The position numbers and the translations under genes were made by a program. A stretch of 64,000 bases of DNA from Adineta vaga (taxonomy: Eukaryota; Animalia; Rotifera), in contig CP075493.1 in the NCBI GenBank assembly GCA_021613535.1, forward strand, positions 2,046,001 through 2,110,000, read 5' to 3'. The notes under the pieces were generated by a model. It was not told the origin of the DNA. It ran no database searches and worked only from the letters and a program-made list of their open reading frames with translations. Of this stretch, positions 1-11,033 are shown piece by piece (the stretch's first letter is position 1; every line of letters begins with the position of its first letter).

Positions 1-264
1 ATCTGTACTTATTGTATGTGATATAATTCAATAAACAAACGAATAGGAATATCATGACATGGAAATAAAAAATGATAATTCTTTCTTTTCTATAATAGAT
101 AAATAACTACTGCCATCTGTTTTCTTATCTATATGATTGGAGTTATTTTAGAAATATATTTGAGACTGTGAGAATGAATGAATGAATAACATATATCTCT
201 GTCTGTTATAGATGACCGGTTATATATAGTCTTCAAATCTGTTTTAAATTATAATTCTACTATT

Positions 265-1982
265 ATGTTGCTTAAATTGACTATTCTTACAATATTTTTC
301 TATCAAATCTTCTCTGTTACATCATCTTCATCAGTGTTACCATGTTCTTTCATTTGCCTCAATCAAACAAATGCTTCACCAAAACCACCAGTTTTTTATA
401 TCAATAATACAATTGAAGATGTCTTGATTTCCTTTGCAATTAATTGTAATACAACAGACAATTTAACATATGCCAATATTTCTGTGTCCATTGACAATGC
501 ACATTCGATTGAAATCAAAAATTCTCTACCATTAAATCTTTTTTCATTCAATTCTGAATCACAAAATTTAACATTTAATTTAACTATTCATGGAAATCTT
601 CTTGGTTATAGTCGTTTATCTTTATATGCAGAATATCTCAATCAAACGAAATATGTTTTAAATTATACAAATAATCTTAACATTGATTTTGCTGTGAAAA
701 GAAAGAGTACAATATTGGATACCATATTTACTGTTATTGTTATCATATTAGTTTGTATTGGAACATTTTTAATTGGTTGTCGATTAGTTAAACAAAATCT
801 TTATGCCAATATACGACGACCTGTGCCAATCCTTATTGGTCTATCGAGTCAATTCATATGTTTACCATTAGTAAGTAAAATGAAGGTGAATTTTAGAAGA
901 GAAATGTTTCTTATTTTCAGATAGCCTTTGGTTTGGCCAAACTTGCGAAACTTGATTCATCGACAGCTATTGGTTTAATATCAACAGGTTCGGCACCAGG
1001 TGGTGGAGCATCGAATATGTATACAGCAATGTATGGAGGCGATGTTGATCTTTCTGCTTCAATGACATTTAGTAGTACAATACTGGCATTTGGTTAGTTT
1101 GAGCATTCGTTTGAATTTAGTTTAATTTTTGATATTTCTTCTCAGGTACATTTCCATTATGGATTCTTCTATTAGGTCGAGAATTTATCGATACACATAA
1201 TGTACATTTTCCGTATGTATTTAATCGTATGATTAAGAAGAATTTTATGAGTATGTTTTTAGATGGGAAAATATGTTTGCCACATTGATTTGTTTGATTG
1301 TACCGGCCGGTAAGAGACTTTATAAAAGTGAACTGTGTCAAATATTTTTTGTAATTTAAAGGTTTTGGTTTATTACTTCGATGGCAAAAACCGAGAATTG
1401 CCGATCGACTAACACGATATCTTCGATTTCTTACTTTATTTTTTATCGTATATATATTAACATTTGGTATTTATACGAATCTTTATGTATTTAAATTGAT
1501 TAATTTTCGGACTGTAATCGTCAGTGCGATTTTACCATATACTGGTTTTCTTATTGGATTTCTTATGTCAATCATAACACGACAGAGTAAAGAACGGCTT
1601 ATTGCAATATTTATTGAAAGTGGTATGAAAATCTTTCTCATCTTCAACGAATTAAATCTTCATATTCTTCGGCTTTTTTCTTAAGGTTTACAAAATACTG
1701 GTGTTGCGATATTCTTTCTTCGTTTATCTCTTCCTCAACCTGATAGTGATCTTGCTATTGTCGTACCAATTTTCGTACGTTTCATTATTTCTTCTTTCCG
1801 TATATCTAATCGAAGCTTTCTTTCAGGTTGCTATTGCAATTCCAATTCCACTTTTGATTATCTATACATTCCTAAGTATCTATCGACGTTATCACAAACA
1901 AGATAATCTAGTGACAAGCATTAACGATGGCCATGATCGTGCTGATTATGAACAATTGCCAACGAGTGATAATGAACAATAA
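265..1982 (+). CDS. SLC10: SLC10 sodium/bile-acid symporter family member, copy 1 (multi-exon; signal peptide plus extracellular N-terminal domain)
   Basis: The spliced reading gives SBF-family motifs: IRRPVPILIGLSSQFICLPL, STGSAPGGGASNMYTAMYGGDVDLSASMTF and IESGLQNTGVA. Short GT-AG introns join the ORF fragments. Stop at 1980-1982. Confidence 0.9.
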
Positions 1983-2078
1983 ATAAAAACTTTCGTTCTT
2001 CTTACTTTTTTTTGTTAATTATTAAAAATAGTTATTTATTCTTATCTTCTCTCTTTTCCAGATGGTTTAATTATATAA

Positions 2079-3824
2079 ATGAAGAAATTTATTCTCATTT
2101 TTTCTTTGATTTTCTTCATCCAATTTTCTTCTTATCAATCATGTGACATTCGTTTCGATGATGTCGATGAACATGATGTTATTCGTCGTGTTCATGAACG
2201 TGATATATTTAATGTAACAGGTCAACTACAGTTTTGTCCATCAACATTGATCGTACGAAATGTATCAATATCGAATCCATTATTGAAACGTTTAAGTATT
2301 CTTAATGTTAGTTATCTTATCGAATCAAATCGAATTAATATAACAGCACTTTCTCGTTTAATTGGTTTTGCTCCCATAACAGTTCATCTCTATCTACAAA
2401 ATACGAATGAATTCAGGTAAAAAGAGACAAAAATTATTTTTTGAAAAAGATACATTGAAATCTTATATTAGTAGATCTGGTCAATCTTTACCAAAGAATA
2501 TAACGAATGAACAACTTGCGTGTGTACGTTCATCATCATCAAATCAAATGGAAATTCTTCAAAATTGTCCAAGACTTCAATATAAAGATGGATTTTATGT
2601 TGTCAATCATACAATTAATATTGCAATAAAACGACATCAAACAGTTATTGATGCTTTATTTACTAGTGTAGTCATCGTTCTTGTTACAGTTGGTACATTA
2701 TGTATTGGATGTGGATTAGAATTAGAACAATTAACAAGTAATTTCAAACGACCAATTCCATTATTGATTGGACTGTTTTGTCAAATTGTCTACTTACCAT
2801 TGTTATCAACTGCAATAACAAAAATTTTTCGATTAGATGAATCAACAAGTTTAGGTTTATTGTCAACAGCAAGTACACCAGGTAAGAAAAAGAGTCTATG
2901 TAAAAAAAATAATCATTTGAATTTTAGGTGGTGGTTCATCGACTATCTATACAGCATTACTTGCTGGTGATGTTGATCTGTCTGTTTCATTGACATTTCT
3001 ATCGACAACTTTAGCATTTGGTACATTTCCTTTCTGGATATGGTGTCTTGGAAAAAATTATGTCGATATTTCGAAAGCAAAATTTCCATGGTGGAGCATG
3101 TTTCTTTCTTTATTTACATTATTGATACCTGTCATGACTGGATTTTTACTTCGTCGATATCGGCCAGTTTTAGCTCACCGAATCGGTCGTTTTCTCAATC
3201 CAATTGCTGTTGGTAAGATAAAATCCTTTCATCTATCGAACAATCATCTATTCTTTCTTCTTCAGGTTATCTCGTTTTTATTCTAACATTTGGAGGTAGA
3301 ATTTTTCTTTCTTAAAATTCATCTTTCATTCATTTCGTTTTCTAGTTTACATCAATATGTATATATTTTATACTATCGATTTCAAAGCAATTGTTGCGTG
3401 TTGTTTTCTACCATGGTTTGGATTTCTTGGCGGAGCAATTGCATCTTTGATTGGAGTTCGTGATAAGAAAAAAACGATTGCAATTTGTATTGAAACAGGT
3501 ATTCAAAATACAGCTGTTGCAATATTTTTTCTTCGATTAACCTTTCCTCAACCTGAATCTGATCTGGCTTTAGCCAATCCAATTCTTGTTTCAATGGCAA
3601 CACCGATTCCATTTTTGGTCTTAGTTTTAACACGATCATTAATGAAACGATTTAGTTTTTGTCGAAAATTTTTACCAAAATCAACGAAAAAGAAAATCAT
3701 GGAAAATGGTGACAAAGAAGAAAAACCTGAAAAAGCATTGATCAAAGAATTGCTAGAAGAAAATAAAGCTGAAGAGAAGCAAGAACAACTTGAGATTGGT
3801 CAGATAGAAAAAACTTCTTTATAA
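2079..3824 (+). CDS. SLC10: SLC10 sodium/bile-acid symporter family member, copy 2 (tandem paralogue)
   Basis: Motifs FKRPIPLLIGLFCQIVYLPL, TASTPGGGSSTIYTALLAGDVDLSVSLTF and CIETGIQNTAVAIFFLRLTFPQPESDLA. N-terminal signal peptide. Several short introns. Confidence 0.92.
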
Positions 3825-4087
3825 ATGTCTTTTCTTTTTCTCACTATTGCAATCTATATATATATATATATGTATGTTTATGTCTTCAATCGATGTTGTT
3901 TCGTTTATTATGATTATAATTTTTTGTTGAACTTTAACCATAATAATGTGCTCAAGTTCTATAGATTATTATTCGAAATAAAAAATAAAAAAACAAAGTT
4001 TTACGTAAGCTGAATGATTGATGGAAATGAAGACAGAAGAAAAATAGACTTTACATAAGACATCGAAAAGCAAAATGTTCGACATGT

Positions 4088-6102
4088 TTATGGTGGACTG
4101 GTGACAAGACCGGCAACACCACGGCCTAATTGTTGACCAGCTACAGCACTTTCTAATGGTTTAAAGCCAATTTCTTCGACAGGTATACCAAATTGACGTA
4201 ATTTCGCTTCATAAGTTCGAAGAATATCATTATGAGCTTTACAAACACGTGCTAATTCATATTGTAAATCGCGAATCTACAACAACAAAAAAGTACAAAG
4301 ATAAACTTCATTGTACTATTGACAAATTTCTTACCGATGTGTTCTTAGCATCGAGTACTTCCTATAAAAAAACAAAGCATTTGAATATGTAGATGAAAAA
4401 AAAGAACTGACTTCAAGTTTTCTTGTAACAACTGAAAGTGATGCTGGATCAAGATTCGATGCGGAAAGAACTTCATTCAATTGTGCTTCCTTCTTTTCCA
4501 AACTATCCGCCAATGTACTTAATTTCTTTTCTAATAATAAATTCTTCAAGCTACTCTTCTGTTGAACTTCATTAATAGCTTTAACAAATTTAGTATAAAG
4601 ATCATCACGTTCTTTTTGAATCTGAAAATAAAGATTATTTACATCGAAAAAGATTCAAATTTCAACTTACAATTTCGAATCGTTGTAATAATACTTCATA
4701 TTCCCATTGAGAATTTTTCAATTCACCTTCAGTATTTTTCAATAATTTTTTCGTACTCTACAATAAAACTTAAATTAGTAAAAAGTTAATGAAAAAGATC
4801 CAATACTTCTTGTAAATTCTTCATTTTTTCATAATTATCAGCTTTATGTCTTAAAATTTCCATTTCTTTACGAGCTGCTTCAAGTGGTTCACGCATTTTA
4901 CGATTTTCACTTTCTAATTCTGCCATACGTTTTTGTAATCGATCTTCTTCCTTCTTCTTATTTTCGATTTCATTCTAAAAAGATCAAAATTTCGAATTAA
5001 ATTTCAACAGTTTTCTTTTTCTCAGCAAAGTTTTACTTTCAACGTATTGATAAGATTAAGATTGTTCAATGTAATATCATTATAATAATTTTTAATATCA
5101 CTGAAAGCTTTTTCGTGATTACGTAAGAGATCATTGATTTGTTGATTTTTTCGTTCTTCAATCTCATGTATTTCAGTTTTACGACGTAATTCCATTTCTT
5201 CACGAAGATCGCGTAATTTTTTCTCATATTTTTCTTCAATTTCACGAGCTTGTCGAAGAAAATCATCACGTAATTTCGATATGTAGGTTTCATTAGTCTA
5301 CAAACAATGATTTTTTTTCTTGACCAAAAAGAAGATTCAAGAAAAGAAACAAACCTTTTTCAAATTTCGAACAACTTCTTGTTGAGCAAGTTCTTGATCT
5401 TTCATTTGAACTTTAAGTTCACGTTTTTCTTTCCAAGTAGTATTTTCAGTTTCATTATGTGCTTCTTGAGCCACTTTTAATTCCGCTAGAGTTTCAGCTT
5501 TCAATTCGGCTACGTTATTTTGTTGTTCGTATAATAAATGTTTTACTTTTTGTTTGTACACCTAGAAAATGAAAATTTGTTTTTATTGCAAAACTTAGTG
5601 AGATCGAACAAAAAAATTTATCATACTTTGATTTCTGCTTGATGTTGTTCTTCTGCATCTTCTAATTCACGATCTTTATTTCTTAATTCTGCTTTTTTCT
5701 CTTCAAGTTGTCGTTTAGTGATTTCCCAAAATGTACTAACACGATCACGTTCCAATTGAAAATAATTTCGTTCTTCACGTTCACGATCAAGTTCTTCACG
5801 GATACGAACTAAATGATCTTCTAATTCTTCTTTTGTCATCTATAGATACACAAGAATTTCTTGTTGAAGAAGAAATAACTCAATAATTAATTGATATACC
5901 TCAGCGGCGGGACGGCCATCCAGGATGACTGGTCCTTTCGATCCTTTCTTTCCCTTTTTCTTCTTGCCACCTTTCTTTTTTGGAGCCTAAAATAAAAATA
6001 TTTTTATAAATATTCTATAATGTACAATACAAAGAATCTTAGATGATAAACTTCAATCCTTTTTTTTTCAATGTGTAATTGTAGTTAAAGCAAACTTACC
6101 AT
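4088..6102 (-). CDS. GAS8: Growth arrest-specific 8 / dynein regulatory complex subunit 4
   Basis: The first coding exon contributes only the ATG (6100-6102, followed by GTAAG). It continues [14 protein letters not shown]..., [46 protein letters not shown], and ends [14 protein letters not shown]...GLVTSPP*. These are diagnostic GAS8 sequences. Confidence 0.95.
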
Positions 6103-6180
6103 AACAGTGATCTACAAAAGAATCAAATGTATATGTGTATGTTTACGGAATAAGAAAAATATAGTTCATCGACATTCTTC

Positions 6181-6193
6181 GTCTTCTAGCAAC
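6181..6193. promoter_or_regulatory. Candidate RFX X-box upstream of the ciliary gene GAS8
   Basis: GTCTTCTAGCAAC (reverse complement GTTGCTAGAAGAC) lies about 80 bp upstream of the GAS8 ATG and has a strong GTTGCT half-site. X-boxes are typical of ciliary gene promoters. Motif match only. Confidence 0.4.
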
Positions 6194-6683
6194 ATCCTCT
6201 TCCATTACAATTTTATTCTTAGAGGGCATTACATACCATTAAATGTGATTGGTTGAAATGAAATTCCTGTAATTGTGATTCTGATTGTGAGAACGAGTTT
6301 AAGTTTATGACAAGCACATTAGTTATTATTAAAATACTTTCTTATTTCACGTGTGATATATTATGAGTTTGATAGAAACACATACGTGTTTTTTTACAGT
6401 GACGAGAACGTGTGATCCTCTCACGAAGCAATAGTGCAACTAACAGTAATCAAACTTTCAAATAATTATTCATGGTAGTATCTAAAATATAAGCTCATAT
6501 TACTGTGAGCAAAATCTAAATCACGATGACTAAAAGTATTCTCTATGATATAGTCCCTCAAATGTCTAGGGATCTGAGTGTTATTATTATATAGCTTTTA
6601 GACAAATCTGGATTATAGGAAAAAAAGAGTATCTATTCTGATAGTGAGTGATTGTTCATACAATTTTATCACTTCCGAGATGT

Positions 6684-6736
6684 GAAGGTGTGGGTGTGGG
6701 TGAGAGAAGAAGGATATATCCACAACCACACCCTTC
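6684..6736. repeat. 53-bp self-complementary mini-element with TGTGGG (telomere-like) arms, copy A
   Basis: GAAGGTGTGGGTGTGGG...CCACAACCACACCCTTC. Its reverse complement matches 10955-11007 with 4 mismatches and 1 indel. Confidence 0.8.
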
Positions 6737-6760
6737 TTCATGTTTACTATCGACGTAGGT

Positions 6761-7143
6761 AAAGTTAGCACCATATTCGAGTATTTTCTGTCAGGATTCG
6801 CCTGTAAACTTGTGCTGGTCTTCGAAAAGGTTGTGTTGGATGCAGAATTTAATTCTCTATCGAACGATGCCAATTTTATTAGGGTTCATCGTCCAAAAAC
6901 TGATGTTTTCAACCATTTTTTGGACTTCAAACTTTTGTATTTCTTGCCTGGATTCGCTTGAGAACTTGTGCTGTGGAAAAAATCGTCACACCCACACTCA
7001 GACCCTCGCCTCCGGTAATACCCCCTAAGATCTACATCATTTGATAGAGAATTAAATTCTGAATCCAACACAACCTTTTCGAAGACCAACACAAGTTTAC
7101 AGGCGAATCTTGACAAAAAATACTCGAATATGGTGCTAACTTT
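6761..7143. repeat. Foldback / long inverted repeat (109-bp arms, 165-bp loop), probably derived from a non-autonomous DNA transposon
   Basis: 6761-6869 is the reverse complement of 7035-7143, with 6 mismatches by manual count. Confidence 0.9.
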
Positions 7144-7615
7144 TCTTACCGCACAAACTCAGTCGCTAAACAAACGTCTACGATATTTCAAATAATAGCA
7201 TTCATACAGCAGATGCAAATATTTCTTTCTTTCTTATTCTGTCGTATAACTTGTGTTGGGCAGAAATATATATTTCGATAAAATGTAGAATAATATCAGA
7301 TATTTTTCAAGTAAAATTATCAATGAGTGACGAAATAAAAAGTTCTCTTCTTATCTAATGAGATACGTTTTTCGATAATTAACTATGATTTTCTGAACTG
7401 AAAGAACAATCTAGCTTTGATTTGTTAATTTAGTGAATATGAAGAATCTTTCTACTCTTATTTATTAACATGAGATATTTTACATGTGTGAAAATCATCT
7501 ATTTATTTAAAATTATAGAAGACGTCGGGTCAGACCTGCATCAGATTTGTTAATCAATTCGAGAATCTCAAACTATTCAAAGGTTTTTGCCAAACATGAA
7601 TTTATTTATTAAGAA

Positions 7616-7847
7616 TTTATAAACAAATAAACTAGACTTTTAAATCGATTAAATATTTATAAATCATGAACATTTTTATAAATAAATGGGATTTATAAAT
7701 CTTCGACGTGTTTATAAATGAAAATTACATTTATAAATAGGGTCTATTTATAAACACCGAAAATGTCTATAACTAATTAAAATTTTTGCTTCAAAAATTT
7801 AGTATTTATATCGATTTATAAATCACCTACTTTCGAACTCAACAGTG
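7616..7847. repeat. Periodic array of palindromic TTTATAAA motifs ending in CAGTG; possible subterminal repeats of a DNA transposon end
   Basis: Perfect TTTATAAA copies at 7616, 7656, 7675, 7692, 7711, 7730, 7747 and 7815. The core spacing is 17-19 bp and the spacers are unrelated to each other. Confidence 0.6.
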
Positions 7848-8091
7848 CTATGCATTCATATAATGAATAATTCTTTTGCCGGAACACAAATGAATCATTC
7901 ATCATATATATATTCTTTATTGTTACACAGCCTGTTGAGTGGCTATTCTTTCTTACTCAACACAGAAAAATTCTTCTTGTTGTTTTTGACACCAGTAAAC
8001 ATAACCGTGTAGGCCAGTTAGTGTTTCCCTGTACGCGCGCGATTTATTTATTTGATAGTTTTCTCTTTATTACAGAAAAATAAAATATGTA

Positions 8092-9978
8092 TTATAATTT
8101 CTTTTTCACTTCATCCAGTTTATTTTTATACCACAGCAGATGAGGATGATTATCTGGTAATCCTTTTTGTGCAATTTTTACAGCACGTTGACAAAACGAA
8201 AGTGCTTTTTCATTCTCGCCTAAGCTTTTGTACACATTACCTATGTGTCCAAAAGACATAGCTAAATCAGGATGATTTGGAGGAAGTGATTGTTGTCGAA
8301 TTGTAAGAGCTTTTTCATGAGATGAAAGTGCTTTTGGATAGTCACCCATGTTATCATACACATTACCGATGTTGTTGTACGATCCAGCCAGATCAGGATG
8401 ATTTGGAGGAAGTGATTGTTGCCAAATTGCAAGGGCTTTTTCATGAGATGAAAGTGCTTTTGGATAGTCACCCATATTTTTATACACTAAACCGATGTTG
8501 TTGTAAGATGAAGCCAAACTAGGATCTTGAGGAGAAAGAGTTTTCTCATAGATAGCAAGTGATTTTTGATAGAATTTGGTTGCCTCTACATATTCTCCTC
8601 GATTGTATTTGATCGAACTAAGTTGACCATAAATTGGTGCCTTGTCACTCTCCTTCGTTGCTTGATCAAGTAGCATTTCATAAATCTCTTCAGCCTTATC
8701 ATTTTGACCCAGTTTAGTTAGTACTAAACCCAATCTGTACCACCCTCTCAAGTTTCGAAAACTTTCTTCTCGTATGCGCTCAGTCAGTGCATGTAAATCT
8801 TTGTCACTATCACTGGTCAGTGTCAAACTCACTTCGAAGAGTTTGTTATTTCCACCCATTTGTTTGATATCTTGAATACGAAACACACTGTGCATTGAAA
8901 ATAGCACTTCATCCTCATCCTCAATGGCACTAAGATCACGAATTGATGCAAATGCTGTTGTTGATTGTTTTGGATCTATTGTTATCACAAACAGAATTGC
9001 CACCAAATCTGGATTACTGACATTCTCTTTGGCAAACAAAAGTGAAACATCTTTATCCTTGCTGGTGGATAAGAAGTTGTTAAATGATAGTAATCCACCT
9101 TTTGTTTGCTTTAGTTGATGGAAATCTGCCTTTGATAATCCTTGTCCACGATAAACTGTGAAAACATGATCAATATGTTGTTCTTGATGCACGGATTCGA
9201 TATGTCGATGTAGATCATTAATAAAGAAACCCATCCGTGTCATAATGTCACCATCCATCATTCGAATTCCACGATTGAGCATGCGATAAAAGAAACACTC
9301 ATAAGTATACCACCAGATAGGTGTTCTACTATGATATTGCCGCTCTAACTGTTTAATTTTTTTCAACTCTTCTTTGTTATCATTAAAACCATCACGACAA
9401 TAATTGGCGTAATCTCGAATATGTGTGTCGTCGAATTTGATGGTCATTATGATCTCCTTGAGGATCTGAGTGTACATGAAAGAAGGATCTAGTTGATCCA
9501 ACTTTTTGCCAGATGACACGAAACTCATTGATACAGAATTTTGTTCACATTGTGCTGCTGCTTGTTTGAGAGATTCACATATAGGTTTGATCTCTGTGAA
9601 GACTCCCTTGATCTTTGGCCATTCTTTTGCCCATTCTTCATGTCGTTGTTTGTTGCCACAGAAGATGAAAATGGAGTCCACTTCAGACAAATCATGTACC
9701 TGAGGTACTATAAGCTGTCCAAGTGAACCTGAAATAATCATACATCCTTTACGATCTTTGATGGTTTCAATGAATTGAATGCATCTATCACTATCTGTAT
9801 AAATATTCAGATCGTTGACGATATGTCGAAGTTGTGTCATGGTATTTTGACAATCCTCGTTATTGTCATCGATGTTGTTATCTAACCATATAAGTAGCAC
9901 ATTTTGGATCTTCTGAATATCAAGACGATGACGTCTATGTATGTCTTTTGAAACTGATGTTGATTTGCTACTTGTCAT
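8092..9978 (-). CDS. Intronless receiver-like domain + R-S-E class mono-ADP-ribosyltransferase + TPR protein (628 aa)
   Basis: N-terminal receiver-like region (LLIWLDNNID...IISGSLG...IFIFC). ART motifs TVYRGQ, FLSTS and EDEDEVLF. C-terminal 42-aa TPR repeats (YNNIGxVYxNMGDYPKALSSHEKALxIxQQSLPPNHPDLA). Confidence 0.9.
   Translation of the reverse strand: MTSSKSTSVSKDIHRRHRLDIQKIQNVLLIWLDNNIDDNNEDCQNTMTQLRHIVNDLNIYTDSDRCIQFIETIKDRKGCMIISGSLGQLIVPQVHDLSEVDSIFIFCGNKQRHEEWAKEWPKIKGVFTEIKPICESLKQAAAQCEQNSVSMSFVSSGKKLDQLDPSFMYTQILKEIIMTIKFDDTHIRDYANYCRDGFNDNKEELKKIKQLERQYHSRTPIWWYTYECFFYRMLNRGIRMMDGDIMTRMGFFINDLHRHIESVHQEQHIDHVFTVYRGQGLSKADFHQLKQTKGGLLSFNNFLSTSKDKDVSLLFAKENVSNPDLVAILFVITIDPKQSTTAFASIRDLSAIEDEDEVLFSMHSVFRIQDIKQMGGNNKLFEVSLTLTSDSDKDLHALTERIREESFRNLRGWYRLGLVLTKLGQNDKAEEIYEMLLDQATKESDKAPIYGQLSSIKYNRGEYVEATKFYQKSLAIYEKTLSPQDPSLASSYNNIGLVYKNMGDYPKALSSHEKALAIWQQSLPPNHPDLAGSYNNIGNVYDNMGDYPKALSSHEKALTIRQQSLPPNHPDLAMSFGHIGNVYKSLGENEKALSFCQRAVKIAQKGLPDNHPHLLWYKNKLDEVKKKL
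8266..8517. repeat. Two near-identical 126-bp tandem units encoding 42-aa TPR repeats
   Basis: ATCAGGATGATTTGGAGGAAGTGATTGTTG... starts at both 8266 and 8392. Confidence 0.9.
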
Positions 9979-10688
9979 TAACTTTGTTTCTAATGCGAAT
10001 TTTGTAGTGTAAAATTAGTTGAAGAAGTTATTATAATGAGAGAGTAGTGAAAAGATGCTACTTTTGTAAGTCTTTCTTCTTTTCATATAACTTTTTATTG
10101 TTATCAATTACACGACACTTGAATAAATCGACGAAAACAAATATGATAAAAGTGAAAACAAAAGTAACGAAGACAAGTTTCTTATCATTTTGTTCTTAGT
10201 CTTTACTGATACACGACGACTTGAAAGTTGGAAAAAAATCTTTTTTGTTTATATCAACAGATACATTATAAATCGATGATAATATATACAATTCAAGTAA
10301 TATTATTTCATCTTTACGTAATAAACATAAATATGCGAACAAATAGTAGAACAATGAACATTCTCATTCATTTTTTGATGTATAAATCAATCCATAAAAT
10401 AAGATTTCTTTTACATTATCCTGAACATGGATGAACTATCTAGAACTTTGATGATTTACTTTGTTTCCTAGGAAAATTAATCAAATTTATAATGAAATAA
10501 TAAATATTTCTCTTTATATGCAAAAGAAAGACATGAAATGTTTTTTTCTAAAGTAAAGATACAAAACTTGTTGTTATCATCTAAAATTCCACGTGGAAAG
10601 TTTTGTATATCTAAAAAAACGAATAACTGGAAAAATAAAAATAAATGTTCTGTTTGTCATACAAATTTTGTTTTCAAGATTTCATTTA

Positions 10689-10774
10689 CAGCAAAACTTC
10701 TCTATAGTGGACACTCTCGGGACCATTCAAAAGTGTACACTGTAGAGAGTTGTCCACTATGAGAGGTTCTACTG
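10689..10774. mobile_element. 86-bp MITE of the Tc1/mariner-pogo type with TA target-site duplication
   Basis: TA|CAGCAAAACTTCTCTATAGTGGACA ... TGTCCACTATGAGAGGTTCTACTG|TA: imperfect TIRs of about 25 bp, flanked by TA on both sides. Confidence 0.8.
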
Positions 10775-10954
10775 TATAATCAAAATTATTTGTCAGTATT
10801 TGAATAAGGTTAGTTCATTCAGAGGGAAAAGAATAAAATTGAACTCAAACTATTTTTCAAAGAAATTGATTGCACTTACAATAACTAACCATAAGTATTA
10901 GTATTTTCCTCGTTGCTGAAAGAAAGGATTATACAGCGTTGAAATCATCTGCTT

Positions 10955-11007
10955 AAGGGTGTGGGTGTGAATATATCCTTCTTCTCTCACCCACACTCAA
11001 ACCCTTC
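10955..11007. repeat. 53-bp telomere-like hairpin mini-element, copy B (inverted relative to copy A)
   Basis: AAGGGTGTGGGTGTGAATATATCCTTCTTCTCTCACCCACACTCAAACCCTTC, about 90% identical to the reverse complement of 6684-6736. Confidence 0.8.
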
Positions 11008-11033
11008 GACAAGAGATATATTTATAAATTTAG

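Noticed and set aside
214-221. GACCGGTT Grainyhead-like motif, with similar ACCGGTT near 12456 and 13556
   Set aside because: Short motif and too few instances to distinguish from chance without an enrichment test.
6613-7116. Four overlapping 72-86 aa ORFs sharing FACKLVLVFEKVVLD
   Set aside because: They are products of the inverted repeat, with no coding signature.
7616-7822. CRISPR-like repeat-spacer appearance
   Set aside because: The repeats are only 8 bp with ~10-bp spacers, the context is eukaryotic, and there are no cas genes.
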